From Tubiluchus corallicola (lineage: Eukaryota; Animalia; Priapulida), in contig JAQGDQ010001044.1 in NCBI GenBank assembly GCA_030141605.1, positions 1 through 64,000 of the forward strand: a stretch of DNA of 64,000 nt. The letters are read 5' to 3'. Under the pieces are notes generated by a model, which did no database searches, had not been told where the DNA came from, and saw nothing but the letters and a program-made list of their open reading frames with translations. Below are positions 1 through 61,100 of this stretch, one piece after another (the stretch's first letter is position 1; each line of letters opens with the position of its first letter). Both the position numbers and the translations under genes were made by a program.

Positions 1-513
1 TGTCATTGATGGTGATCGTGAAAAGGTCAAAGGTTAAGTGTACCAGACAACGCATTTGTGTACACTTGACAATGCCTCGCTGCCCATGCTGTTGTTGTAA
101 TAGTAACAGTTTCAACAGCTAGCTAGAACCTTACCTAGTTCATTTTTTCTTGTTCCCAACCAAGATCCTGGTATCACTCTATGCACAGAGACTAATGCGT
201 AATTAAGTAATGTCCACGTAAAATGACTGAAGTTGCTAAACCGATGCGACAGACGGCTTTGCTTTAAAAACACGTCACGTGACGGCTGTAGTTGAGACAC
301 ATTGCTGTGGTACTGTTAACCTTTGACCTACAGTAACTGTGCTTCCACATAGCCAGACTGTGAAAAGTCTTACTGACAAATGTACGTAGACATTCGGGCA
401 AGAATGCTGCAATGAAAAAGATGTATTATTAGAAGAAGAATTTCACCAACTAACTTCCATACTGCTCACATATCAAAATGGCCGTCATAAATGTCTTTTT
501 ACGCGCATTGCAG

Positions 514-14571
<14,058 letters not shown>

Positions 14572-15263
14572 TGTACACTAGCATCGTTTATACATGATTA
14601 TATATAGTCATTTATGATGTCTCTCGTGCATTGATGATTAACGTAAGTAGACCGGATTTAAGTAAAAATCACGATTAAAGTGCGAGCAGAAATTTAGAAA
14701 AACATTATTTATAGTTTTCTGCCTGTAGGTGGCAGTGATAGCAAAGGTAATTTTCCATTTTCTGTTTAAGCAGAAGTTTTACCCGTAAATGTCAACTTTC
14801 AGTGACGACTGGTTGAAAACGTCACATGAATCCTTCATCGATTAGATCCAGTGCAGATCCGGACTAATTTTCCGATATTTAGATCTGGTATTTGTTGTCG
14901 CCATGTTCCCACAATCCTTTGTGCTCTCTACCTTTACGCTATGCAAATAAAGTGTAAAAAAGTGTCGTAATTGTATAGATACTGGTATACTGCCAAGATA
15001 CTCGCTCCGTTTTTGATCCGTGGTTATTTACTGGTAACAGAGTAGTGATAGGTTTTACAAGTTGAAGTGTAGCAAAGTGATTTTGAATAGCAATAGTCAT
15101 TAGATCAGGAATTCATGTGATATTAGTAGTCTTAGTCTTTTGCCCGCGCACCATTTTTTATCAAACGTCAGTTGTTAAACAGGAGTCAATTTCGTCTAAG
15201 TTTTCAAGTTTGAAAAGTCTGTAGAGAGAGAGATGAATGGAAAAATAACTAGGGGAGCTACAT

Positions 15264-15836
15264 AGGGTTACCATATTGTCTGAGTTGAAAAAGAGGACAC
15301 TTTTTCGCACACTTGTAAGTAGGCAAAAATGACCAGTCTAGGGTTTATTAAAACAATGCAAAATAAAATGCACATTATACAAATAGGCCTACATGTATTC
15401 TAATAGCAATACCAAATGGCTAAACTGCAAAAAACATTAACACACTGCAACTGTCAGTCGCCTGCTTCTTCTTGGCTCGACTGCAAAACAGTGAAACTAT
15501 ACAAATTAAAAGAAATTCACATAAAAACAAAAAAAATGGCTCGCGGAAGCTGATGTCATTTTAAGTCGTCAGCGAATACGCCGAGTATCGACAGTCATGT
15601 GACCCATAGTGATGTGCGTATCGCTTACATTTGTTCAGTAAATATGAGATGTTAGCAACATCTTGTATTGAAAATTAACGAGCTTTTCTTTGTCTCATAC
15701 TGTCGTACTCCTCTGCAGTTGGCAACGTCCGTACGTACTTACGGATTGAGGCAAAACCCGGACAAACTGCCGTTTTTTTTCAAAAACCTGCCCGGACAGA
15801 GGCGGGTCCAGGGAAACCCGGACGTATGGTAACCCT
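15264..15836. mobile_element. hAT (Blackjack-like) MITE
   Basis: TIR AGGGTTACCATA...TATGGTAACCCT; degenerate 8-bp flanks AGCTACAT/ACCTATAT. Confidence 0.7.
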
Positions 15837-17424
15837 ACCTATATAAACACCCTGACTGGGGCCGAGGGCAGCCAGTCTACGGTAGCCTGTAGACGTGTAA
15901 TAAGGAGCATTGGTAACTATTGCCACTTAGGGAAAAACTTGTCGCATAAGAAAGTGCTGAAGAAGTTAAAAAAATATTGTTGTGTGTTTAACTTCTGCTT
16001 GAGAAATTAGCGTGCGAGATTTAGCGTTTTAACAAATTAGACTTGATATTTGTTGCAACATTACGACTATTAGTTGACTTAGCTGCAAAGCTAGTTAAGC
16101 TTTTGTAATTATGCAGTATTTATTCCTTATATGGACACATTTAATTTACCATATGTCTGCTTGCATAGCAAAATCGTTCATAAGTCGGCTTAAATTTTTC
16201 TAGTTAATCAAATATCCTGAATCTCCATTTCTTGAGGATCATTTTGATACCAAGCTCATTGCTCTATGTTGTTTCTAAGCTGAGATAATCCACGTTGAAG
16301 TTGAGGTTGCAGGCTGCAAACTGAAAAACTTAATCTTGAGAAAATCACTGTTAAAGTCAGCCATTGTTTTTAGTCTTAGCAACTCCACAAATGTTGGTTG
16401 CTACGGACTTTGCAAGAACACATTGAAGTTATATTTAAATCCAGTAGATGGCTCTTCCTGACAAAGACCTGGCCTTGGCAACAGAAAAACCTGAAGCAAA
16501 ATGACTGCTTCCATGAGCTACCATCTGAGTCTGAAAATACAAGTTTTTTTACAATTGCAGTACTACTTTCTAGCCAGAAAAATGGTTAAGACATTATAAA
16601 ATTAAATTTTTAATGTTTTTTGAACACTTTCTTGATAATTTGATGATAGCATATAAAATTTCAATATATTTAGCGTTGGTTTTTATAAAATAGAAAAAAT
16701 TGACATTTCACCGAATTTTTGGGTCATTCTTCTTTGAAGGATCCGAACGTAATTCTAACTAAGCCGACTTATGGACCGTTTTGGTTTGCAATCACACAAA
16801 TTGTTTCACAAAATTCTGTAACAGATGTTAGCAAAATGTTGTTTATTGGCGGTGCCATATTGCTTGCTATTTCTAGTGCCTTGATGCATCGTTAAATAGT
16901 TTGTGCCTTAGTAGTAATATGAGAATGATGAGAAGAAATTTATGATTATTATTATAGGAAAATTGAATATCTAACTGAACTGTTTTTTCCAATGTTATTT
17001 TGTTACATAATTGGGTATCGGGGTATAACTGATAAGTTTATTTTTCGTTTTTGATTTTTTAACGTATGTTTATAGAGAAAGTTAATGAAGTTATTATAAT
17101 TTAATGAAATGCTGCGTCCCATATTTAGTTCGATGCATTCACAAAGAATCAGTTTTATTGTAGATATGAAACGTATTGCTTCTGTTTGTTGACATTGTCC
17201 TAATGGCACGTTCAAACTAGCGTGTTTTTTTGCCAACTAACTCGCAAGCATGTTCAGACTAGAGAGCAAAACTTGCTGCAAGTTACTCTCCAGCAGTAGA
17301 CGTGAGTTGACAGCACACTTCTCTATTCGCTGTGAGAAGTGTCAAGAGTAACTTGTCGAGGCTTTCACATTAGATAGTAAATTAACTCACAGCAGTTGTC
17401 GGAGCGTTTGCAATTTCTTCCCGA

Positions 17425-17745
17425 CAGTAACTCACAAAGCAGTTAACACTTGCGAGCTTGCTATCAGAGAGAGCTGTGAGCTTGCTGTCAGAGAGAGTAA
17501 CTCGCAAAACAGTTAACACTTGCAAGCTTGCTGTCAGAGAGAGTAACTCGCAAAGCAGTTCACACTTGCGAGCTTGCTATCAGAGAGAGTCTGTGAGCTT
17601 GCTGTCAGAGAGAGTAACTCGCAAAGCAGTTAACACTTGTGAGCTTGCTGTCAGAGAGAGTAACTCGCAAAGCAGTTCACACTTGCGAGCTTGCTGTCAG
17701 AGACAGTAACTCGCAAAGCAGTTAACACTTGCGAGCTTACTGTCA
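17425..17745. repeat. ~46-bp minisatellite with higher-order structure
   Basis: GTAACTCGCAAAGCAGTTAACACTTGCGAGCTTGCTGTCAGAGAGA repeated; internal CTCGCAA...TTGCGAG inverted repeat. Confidence 0.85.
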
Positions 17746-19159
17746 AAGAAAAAAGTGTGAATGCGCCATTAGGTTTAGAATGTATATGAAAACGGATATA
17801 ATCAAGATTTTATTACACCTTTTCACTGTTGAGAGTTATTTGATAGACTCACTGTTGTTTTTATAGCTGTGCTTAAAAGCTAACGTGTTGTTGTTATGTA
17901 GATAGGAAAGGGTTAATGGCTTTTTTATTATTCAGCTTACGCTTGTTTACTTTGCTGATGAGATGTGTATATTTATTTACAAATAAAGCATGCTGTGAAG
18001 TTAAAATGGTAGTAAGTGTACCTTTGCGTTTTTATCAGTTTTCACCAGTTGCCGACAGATGGCAGTCGCCCACAATCTCGTGTAAATCCAAATTGTAGGT
18101 CTGAGAACTTGTCAGTTTATTAAATAGCAAGCCAGGAAAGGTTTTAAGCCTGATGCACTATCATACTACCTCTTAGTATCGGATTTAAATGTTATTAAGC
18201 AGAACTTTTGCAGTAAAATTAAGCAATATTAATTACCAAATAAATAGTGGTGTGTAATGAGCTTTTTAGGCGTGTTTATAAGGACTCCAGTCTAGTCTAG
18301 CCAGCCAGCTGTATGGTATCAATTTCAGCTCTTAGCTCCTGGCTTACATATTTTGTGACAGCTACTAGCGTGTCAGCCTTGGCTAGCAGCACCATGGAGT
18401 CAGCTGGTAACAAGACAAACCATATAGCACTTCTGTTGCAGATGTGCTGTTTCACAAAAATAATGAAATCAAACCTTGCACAGAAATAGTGTACAGTCTG
18501 CGTGAAATTTAAAAAACAAGGTCAAAAAAAATTAATACGAAAGTTAAAGCCACGATCAAATACGCGTTATTTAACAATACGCATTTAATTAAGCTAGTAA
18601 TTTAATTTATTCCACTGACTGTAAGTTTAGTCCTTGTTAAAAATTTCAGAAACTTTAACCATTGAATGATTGAGTAATTATTTTCAGTCTGACTAGGCTA
18701 AACGCCCTCTTCTTGTCACTGGCAATCAGTAATGCAAGGTATCAGAGGAGACACTGATTTTGTAGACTTGTGAGATGCTGTCTTTCGAGAAGCCTATTGA
18801 AATTTGGAGGAACGTTTGTAAACTTACGGTTCCGAATTTTCATTGATTCAATTTTAATCTTTTGTGGCTGATGGTGAATCACCAGTGAATGATCTATTGC
18901 GGATCGTAAACAAAATCGTGAAGATATTCATCAATTAAATGAGAAGAGTTTCGCGTGAGCAATCTCCTATTGAACTTGAGTCAACTGACACACATCGTAC
19001 GATGTCTGGTGTGTTGCGCAAACTCACACTGCGCATGCACTACATTTCAACACACACGAGTTGTGTACAGTAGTTACAGCCATTCTGCCGGCTTTGAGAA
19101 AAATTGTGTGGAGGATTGTGCGAAGTGTGTGCTCCCTGCATTTATTGACTGTATTCAAA

Positions 19160-52829
<33,670 letters not shown>

Positions 52830-52947
52830 GTAAGCAGCTTGACCTTGATTGACCTTGACCTTTGACACATTGCAAACTGGGAATGAAAAATATACCACAA
52901 TTAGAAACAAGGAAAAAGAAAGAAAGGGTACAATGCATCCTTGGTGA

Positions 52948-53315
52948 ACAGCCAGAACCAGCACGGCAAACGAAACCACCCAGAGTCAGTATATGTTAAA
53001 GCAGGCGGTCACCGATATGTTCTTTGACCGGGCTTGGTGTTGCTTAACTTCAATTAGTAAAGGAAATCTTTAGTAAACAGCCAGAACCAGCACGGCAAAT
53101 AAAGCCACAGAGACAGTATATGTTAGAGCAGGCGGTCACCCATCCATTGTTTGACTAGGCTTGATGTTGCTTAACTTCAATTAGTAAGGCAAGTCCTTAG
53201 TAAACAGCCAGAATGAGCACAGCATATGAAACCACACCAAGTGAGTATATATTAAACCAGGCGGTTACCGATCCGTTCCTTGACCAGCCTTACTGTTGCC
53301 TAACTTCAATTACTA
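52948..53315 (-). repeat. Three ~128-bp tandem units with a 5S-rRNA-like internal control region (mirror copy ~56815-57185, + strand)
   Basis: GAAGTTAAGCAACATCAAGCCTAGTCAAACAATGGATGGGTGACCGCCTG matches the box A-IE-box C segment of invertebrate 5S rRNA as recalled. Confidence 0.7.
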
Positions 53316-54047
53316 ACCAAACAGTAGTAAATTAGGATTTTGTTAAGCAATTTTTCTTATGAGTATCAGGGGAGTATTAGCATCATAATAAAAGTAAATT
53401 TTTACTTTCTTAACTTGGTATTATTTTAAATCAGCTGATTCAGCAGATTCAAGGCTGTAAAAGAAATACTTATCAGCTGTTATTTGAATCCCAGGAGATA
53501 AAACAATATTTTATAGTATTATAAACCTTCTTAGGTATTGAATTTAGAAGTTTTAGTGATGTATTCATGCGTGCTATAAAGCACAGTGTAGACATACAAT
53601 GCAAAATGGAAAAAATCGCATTTTAAAAATGGTTCATAAGGACTACGGTAAGTCCTCGCTTAACAACTCCCTGCTTGTCGATGTTTCGTTTTAACGACGC
53701 CTTTTCCCCACTTTACGACGCACGTTCCATATTAACGACGATTTCTTTCCTTCGCACAAAGTCGTTTTTCATTTGATCAACAACTTTTTTACCACATTTG
53801 AAGCACTAAAACTAGGCAAGCATTAAGAAGAAAATTTACCGCTGTACTCATGCATGAGCTGTCGAACGTGTGTTGTTCATCACAAACTAACACATCTGAA
53901 CTAAGAGGTACAGCACCTGTTTTCTGTGCAATGCGTTTCTGAAATGCAGGCGCTAGCGAACAATGAAATGCATGTAACAGCAAAGAACTAGTGACACGAA
54001 ATGTGAAATTGTGTTTTTGCGAAGAAACACTAAAGCAAAAAACTTAC

Positions 54048-54247
54048 ATGTTGATCTTGTAAATTGACTGAAGGGAAATGTCTGACCAGAACAGCAGATT
54101 TTCCTCGTACAGGAAGTCGACAGACACGGCGCTCTTCAATCCGGTGGCGATGCTCGCGTAATCGTGATCGTGTAGATCAATCTGTCGGATGTCGTGTCTG
54201 TTGGCGAAGAGAAGCTTCGGTCGCCGTCCGTCGGCCTTGCAGAACCC
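54048..54247 (-). CDS. End of EGF-B + first YWTD beta-propeller blade: GFCKADGRRPKLLFANRHDIRQIDL...VDFLYEENLLFWSDISLQSIYKIN
   Basis: Minus strand ctgcag|GGG...AACAT|gtaagt; 200 nt, phase 0/2; LLFANR and FWSD motifs; single copy, in the spacer. Confidence 0.92.
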
Positions 54248-54872
54248 CTGCAGATAAAGAAATCGAGAATGAAATGAAGTTCTAAGTGTATCACAGCAGC
54301 GCACTTTAACTACAACAGTCGTATGACATGTGTGTAAGGCAAAGTCGTCTGCTGTATCAGTTCAGTAACTGCGAAGGTTAAGTGCACCACAGCAGCGCAC
54401 TTTAACTACAACCGTCACACGACATGTGTGTAAGGCAAAGTCGTCTGCTGTATCAGTCCAGTAACTTCATTTGTTTTACGAGGACTTAATTGTGCATTAG
54501 TCTATTAGCTAGATTTAGAGGAATTTACTAGCAGGATTTTGCTTGGGAACAAGAAAAAATGAACTAGGTAAGGTTCTAGCTAGCTGTTAAAACTGTCACT
54601 ATTACAACAGCATGGGCTGTGAGTGAGGCGTTGTCAAGTGTACACAAACGAGTTTTTTGGTAAACTTAACCCCTAATTTTTTGATCATCATCAATCGCTG
54701 GAACTATGACAAGGCTTATTATCTACATGTACAATACAATGGATGGAATACACACATTGAAGCACAGTTTCATAGAGAAGCAGCTCTGGAATAATCAAGT
54801 TTCTCTTTTCACACTTATTTACAGCATTGACCAAGCATTGTGTAACATTTAATAACTTGAGAAAGTTTACGT

Positions 54873-55258
54873 CAGGGATGTGCAAATTATCTGACTAGCC
54901 GGGCCACATTAAACTTTCCCGCAATTCCTGTGGGCCACATGCAGTTTGGTCGAGGAGTAGGAGTAGGAGCTGATAACAATTTTTTTTGCATCCGATTTGC
55001 GCACATCATTACTACTGCACTGCTACACTCAAGAAACTATTTTAGAAGTTATTAAAATTTATATTAAAAACCATATATTTCGTCATGTCCGACAGTGACA
55101 TTAAGTGACAACGATGGGTTAATGCCATCCGATCTAGAGGAAAAAACTACCCGCACGATCTTTGCAACAATGGCTGGATCGTGTGGGCCGCACTTTCATT
55201 ACGTTGACAGACCTCTTCGCACAAGATCTCTCGGCGGGCCGCAGTTTGCACACCCCCG
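54873..55258. mobile_element. hAT (Charlie-like) MITE
   Basis: CAGGGATGTGCAAA...TTTGCACACCCCCG termini; perfect 8-bp TSD GTTTACGT; subterminal GGGCCRCA motifs. Confidence 0.88.
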
Positions 55259-55299
55259 GTTTACGTCAACTATATTCTCTACTAGTAAAGAGAACGCAC

Positions 55300-55415
55300 C
55301 GGTTTCACGCTGGAGTCTAAGTGATAACCGTCCGCACAGTGACACTTGTAACCACCCTTGAAGTTGTGACAATCATGCGAACAAGCACCTGGCTTCTCCG
55401 AGCACTCGTCAATGT
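55300..55415 (-). CDS. EGF-B (calcium-binding EGF) exon: (D)[38 protein letters not shown]
   Basis: Minus strand ttgcag|ACATTGAC...AAACCG|gtgcgt; 116 nt, phase 1/0; single copy, in the spacer. Confidence 0.9.
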
Positions 55416-55579
55416 CTGCAATGATAGAAATATCCATAAAACATGCTTGAGACGTTTAATAATTTAATACGATTAAATTTATTAATTATCTACGCACGTG
55501 AACTTGTTCCAGGCTTACTAATGGAATGATTACTACAACAGAAATCATATAACCTTAGAATCTTGTTAGGAATGCAGCG

Positions 55580-56485
55580 AGGAGTCCTCGCTTAACGACG
55601 CCAATGCATCCAGCAAAACACGGCATTAAGCGAAACGTTGCAGATAACGATTACACACGAAATACTGAAAGAGAAGCGCTGGGACAATGACCTTGAGACA
55701 ATCTCATCTAGGTACTCAGTCTGGTTGCTATAGGAACAGGTTGCAAACAAATTTACTTCACATAAAGTTTGTATTCAGGTGTCTGGAGGAGTATAAATCA
55801 TGATCATATAGACCATAGATCATAGATAAGTAGATAATAGATCATAGATATGTAGATAATAGATCATAGATATATAGATCACAGATCATAGATAAGTACA
55901 TAATAGATCATAGATATATAGATCACAGATCATAGATATATAGATCATAGATCATAGATATATACATCATAGATATATAGATCATAGATATATAGATCAT
56001 TGATCATAGATATACAGATCATAGATATATATAGATCATAGATATATAGATCATAGATATATACATCATTGATATATAGATCATAGATATATAGATCATA
56101 GATATGTAGATAATAGATCATAGATATATACATCATCGATATATAGATCATAGATAATAGACCATACATTATAGATCATAGATATGTAGATAATAGATCA
56201 TATTATACTCGATACAAACAGCTAGAATTTAGTAGCCAGCCACGAAAAAAACACGTAATAATTGTACTGTTTTACACAACTAGTGCGTTTTAGAGAACAG
56301 AATAATGCAGTACGTTCTGTTTTAGTGCTTCAAATGTGGTAAAAAAGTTGTTGATCAAATGAAAAACGACTTTGTGCGAAGGAAAGAAATCGTCGTTAAT
56401 ATGGAACGTGCGTCGTAAAGTGGGGAAAAGGCGTCGTTAAAACGAAACATCGACAAGCAGGGAGTTGTTAAGCGAGGACTTACCG
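55580..56485. mobile_element. pogo/Tigger-like non-autonomous element; only one end survives in the left arm (53646-53812)
   Basis: Inverted AGTCCTCGCTTAAC...GTTAAGCGAGGACT with repeated TTAACGAC motifs; TA outside the right end. Confidence 0.55.
55795..56200. repeat. Irregular TAGATCA/TAGATA simple satellite
   Basis: Direct reading. Confidence 0.9.
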
Positions 56486-57301
56486 TAGTCCTTATGAACC
56501 ATTTTTAAAATGCGATTTTTTCCATTTTGCATTGTATGTGAGCACTGTGCTTTATAGCACGCATGAATACATCACTAAAACTTCTAAATTCAATACCTAA
56601 GAAGGTTTATAATACTATAAAATATTGTTTTATCTCCTGGGATTCAAATAACAGCTGATAAGTATTTCTTTTACAGACTTTAATCTGCTGAATCAGCTGA
56701 TTCAGAATAATACCAAGTTAAGAAAGTAAAAATTTACTTTTATTATGATGCTAATGCTCCCCTCATACTCATAAGAAAAATTGCTTAACAAAATCCTAAT
56801 TTACTACTGTTTGGTTAGTAATTGAAGTTAGGCAACAGTAAGGCTGGTCAAGGAACGGATCGGTAACCGCCTGGTTTAATATATACTCACTTGGTGTGGT
56901 TTCATATGCTGTGCTCATTCTGGCTGTTTACTAAGGACTTGCCTTACTAATTGAAGTTAAGCAACATCAAGCCTAGTCAAACAATGGATGGGTGACCGCC
57001 TGCTCTAACATATACTGTCTCTGTGGCTTTATTTGCCGTGCTGGTTCTGGCTGTTTACTAAAGATTTCCTTTACTAATTGAAGTTAAGCAACACCAAGCC
57101 CGGTCAAAGAACATATCGGTGACCGCCTGCTTTAACATATACTGACTCTGGGTGGTTTCGTTTGCCGTGCTGGTTCTGGCTGTTCACCAAGGATGCATTG
57201 TACCCTTTCTTTCTTTTTCCTTGTTTCTAATTGTGGTATATTTTTCATTCCCAGTTTGCAATGTGTCAAAGGTCAAGGTCAATCAAGGTCAAGCTGCTTA
57301 C

Positions 57302-57430
57302 CTTCACAAGAGTAGGAGTCATTCGGATTCTGCTTGTAACCCTCGTAGCATTCGCAGTAGAATCCGGCCCGAGTGTCGACGCACTTGTGCAAACACTTGT
57401 TAAAAGCCGTGTCCTCGCACTCGTTACGAT
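57302..57430 (-). CDS. EGF-A, inverted second copy
   Basis: Reverse complement of 52701-52829. Confidence 0.9.
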
Positions 57431-57828
57431 CTGTGGATGAAAAGGGAAGCAACAGTTAAGTTACGATCTGTGGATGAAAAGGGAAGCAACAGTTAAGTTA
57501 CGATCTGTGGATGAAAAGGGAAGCAACAGTTAAGTTACGATCTGTGGATGAAAAGGGAAGCAACAGTTAAGTTACGATCTGTGGATGAAAAGGGAAGCAA
57601 CAGTTAAGTTACGATCTGTGGATGAAAAGGGAAGCAACAGTTAAGTTACGATCTGTGGATGAAAAGGGAAGCAACAGTTAAGTTACGATCTGTGGATGAA
57701 AAGGGAAGCAACAGTTAAGTTACGATCTGTGGATGAAAAGGGAAGCAACAGTTAAGTTACGATCTGTGGATGAAAAGGGAAGCAACAGTTAAGTTACGAT
57801 CTGTGGATGAAAAGGGAAGCAACAGTTA
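57423..57828 (-). repeat. 37-bp tandem array (11 copies) spanning the EGF-A splice acceptor of the inverted copy
   Basis: Minus-strand unit TTAACTGTTGCTTCCCTTTTCATCCACAG|ATCGTAAC; unit starts at 57423 to 57793 = 10 x 37. Confidence 0.96.
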
Positions 57829-57925
57829 GCGCAAATACAGGTTTTCTCTACTTGACCAAGTCTTTAAAGTAACACTTACTTTAAGTACAAGACAGGCTTA
57901 GAGAATATGCTTAAACCCAACTCAC

Positions 57926-58177
57926 TACAAAACGTGTCGATTCCCTCCGGTTCGTCCTCTCCGTGGGCGCAGTCCTTCACGTTGTCGCAAACCTTCTCCA
58001 TGGGAATGCACTGAGTGCCGCACGAGAAGTGAGTCTTCGGGTCGCACGTCACCGTGGGCTCGGTGGGACATCCGATCTCGTCGCTGCCGTCCCGGCACTC
58101 CTCGCGACCGTTGCAGCGCAACGAGCCACGGATGCAGACTCCGTCGTCGCAGTGAAACTGATCCGGGTTGCAGGTAC
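57926..58177 (-). CDS. LA repeats 7-8, inverted second copy
   Basis: Reverse complement of 51958-52209; protein-identical, splice sites intact. Confidence 0.9.
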
Positions 58178-61100
58178 CTAGAAAGAACAACATCGTGACA
58201 ACATCAAGACAACTCTGTTGCAACCCTAAGAGGCCATCTACATATAATTATATCAAGTTTAGTGTAACTAGGTGACCGTTGACGTGATAACGCAAAGTAG
58301 GCAAGTGACTTAGTCACGATATTGTTATCTGACTTCACGCTTTTTCCACACGTTGCCGCCAGCAGCAGACGACGCTACAAGGGTGCGGCCATCTTGCACC
58401 GATCCCAGCAGGCTGCCATTTTTGTAAATTCCTCCACGAAATCTCGGTTCGTTTCTGATAAAGTTTCCTCAATTTTCCACACTATAACTTTCCCCGGATA
58501 CTGTGAATTGGCGCACTGCCTACACTGCCTAGTGTTCATTGCCTGTAGTTTAGTAGGAAACTGCTAAGTGTAAGTGTAAGTACTTGATTGATAGGATGAA
58601 GAATAGAATGTACAAAAAGCTACATGAGTGTGATGCATCAGAAGTAGGTAGGTGGTGGCGCAAATGATAACGCCATTATAAGGCAAGGTAAGGAGGTCCT
58701 GAAAATTGGCCAAAAACTTGATATCGTTATATGTGGATGGCCCCTAAACATTACATGATATTTCCACGCCCAGCTGTGTACGCCCGACCAAGTTTCATTA
58801 ATGACATTATTGTTCAGACTCCCTACGATGTATCTAAGTAGGAACTCGGTAACATTCGAATTTAGTTGCTCAAGTCCACAAGAAGTGGAAATGGATTTAG
58901 CAACCGCTGCCGTCACCAAAAACATGGAAGAACTGGTAAATCCGGATTCAAATTCGTGGATGAAGGAAATTTCAAAGCTTAGAATTAGAATGGGTGGCCA
59001 GTTTAATCACAAACTGGAATAATAATGCCATGTTGAAAGTGCAAAGTGGTACATTGTGATTAATTTCAAAGCGTTTTGTTACTAACTCATTATTAAGTTA
59101 CTTGATTAGTAGAAAAACTTCCAATCTGAAACATTTAGTCACCATGACTTAGACAAAAACATGATATTATGTACAGAAGTAGAGAGACCAAATGGAAGTG
59201 CTCTGAGTTACCGGCAATATTTTATTTTTGTGTTTTACACAAAAACTACAAGAGAAAGATGAAGAAATTTTAGCACTAACACACGACGCTTTTGTATTCA
59301 ACGTCGAAAACAAAACACTAGTGCATTACGTAAAACAGAAATTAGTTAAGAAAGATTTAAACAACGTAAATTATTTAAACTGTACCAAAAAGATTCGAGA
59401 AATGTTTTGCATAATTTGTTCTTTGTAAACAATAGAAAAACAGGCAACTAGAACAGAATTTATGAGAGGCAAAAGCTAGATGGTCTGTCGACTCAGGAAT
59501 GTTTGTTCATCATTTGAATATGATTTGCCAACAAGCAGGGAGTGTTGAAAGTTAAATAAGCAGGTCACATCACGCCACTAGACGTCATAAAACAGCGAAG
59601 ATTATAGCTTTAGCTAGAACTGAGCCCAGCAGCACATCAGACCATAAAACCATCAAATAAGATTTATGTGAAGAAAGAGTAGCATACCAAGCAGAAATTA
59701 CTGGAAAGACGTCGGTCTGGACTCTGGACATGCGAGAGTAGTACCAAGCAGAAATTACCGGGAAGATGTCGGCCTGGACTCTGGACATGCGAGAGTAGTA
59801 CCAAGCAGAAATTACCGGGAAGACGTCGGTCTGGACTCTGGACATGCCAGAGTAGTACCAAGCAGAAATTACCGGGAAGACGTCGGTCTGGACTCTGGAC
59901 ATGCCAGAGTAGTACCAAGCAGAAATTACTGGGAAGACGTCGGTCTGGACTCTGGACATGCAAGAGTAGTACCAAGCAGAAATTACTGGGAAGATGTCGG
60001 TCTGGACTCTGGACACGGAAGAGTAGTACCAAACAGAAATTACTGGAAAGACGTCGGTCTGGACTCTGGACATGCTAGAGTAGTACCAAACAGAAATTAC
60101 CGGAAAGACGTCGGTCTGGACTCTGGACATGCTAGAGTAGTACCAAGCAGAAATTACCGGGAAGACGTCGGTCTGGACTCTGGACATGCCAGAGTAGTAC
60201 CAAGCAGAAATTACTGGGAAGACGTCGGTCTGGACTCTGGACATGCTAGAGTAGTACCAAGCAGAAATTACTGGGAAGATGTCGGTCTGGACTCTGGACA
60301 TGCAAGAGTAGTACCAAGCAGAAATTACCGGGAAGACGTCGGTCTGGACTCTGGACATGCCAGAGTAGTACCAAGCAGAAATTACTGGGAAGACGTCGGT
60401 CTGGACTCTGGACATGCCAGAGTAGTACCAAGCAGAAATTACTGGGAAGATGTCGGTCTGGACTCTGGACATGCATTAATAGCCCTTCCACATTCAGTTC
60501 TGGTTTTCAGTGAGACTTTTAAGTCGATTCAGTTTAAATCTCTTTTCTTTCTTAAAAATGAGAAATTCCTAGGCTCAAAAGTACTTTTTGCAAATGGCAT
60601 GTACTTTAGGATATGGAAATTTTTTTTACAATGCCTACATGTATGCTGTGCAGTTCTAAATGGTTGTTCTCTTACCTAACTTTCAATATTGTTATCAGAA
60701 ATTTAGTGTTTGGATGAAGTAGGCCTGCATTGAGAAAATACCTATACTGCTGAATGACATTAGCATCCAATGAACTGCACATCAAAAATCAATAACTTTA
60801 CCTACACTACTGAATGACATAACCATCTAATAAACTGCACATCAAAAAATCAATAACTTTACCAAAGGGAAGGAACAGGAAAGATGAGAAACCTTCAAGG
60901 GAAAATTGTTGCAACAACTTGATGGTTTTACAGTGCAATACAGCAATTAAATGATCAAAGGTCACTTAATAACACAAATTTCTAATGGACTTCTTCATAA
61001 CACACACACTGCTGCATGCCAGAAGCAACCACCCCATAAACTTCACGTCAGAAATCAGCCATTTTTTCCCAGTGCATAAGAAAAGCAGGCACGTCACAGT

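Noticed and set aside
18871-18884. TGGTGAATCACCA palindrome as a nuclear-receptor or sterol element upstream of the receptor
   Set aside because: Too short and too far from the consensus to distinguish from chance.
52948-53315. Functional 5S rRNA genes
   Set aside because: Only the internal control region resembles 5S; the 5' and 3' helices are missing and the copies are diverged.
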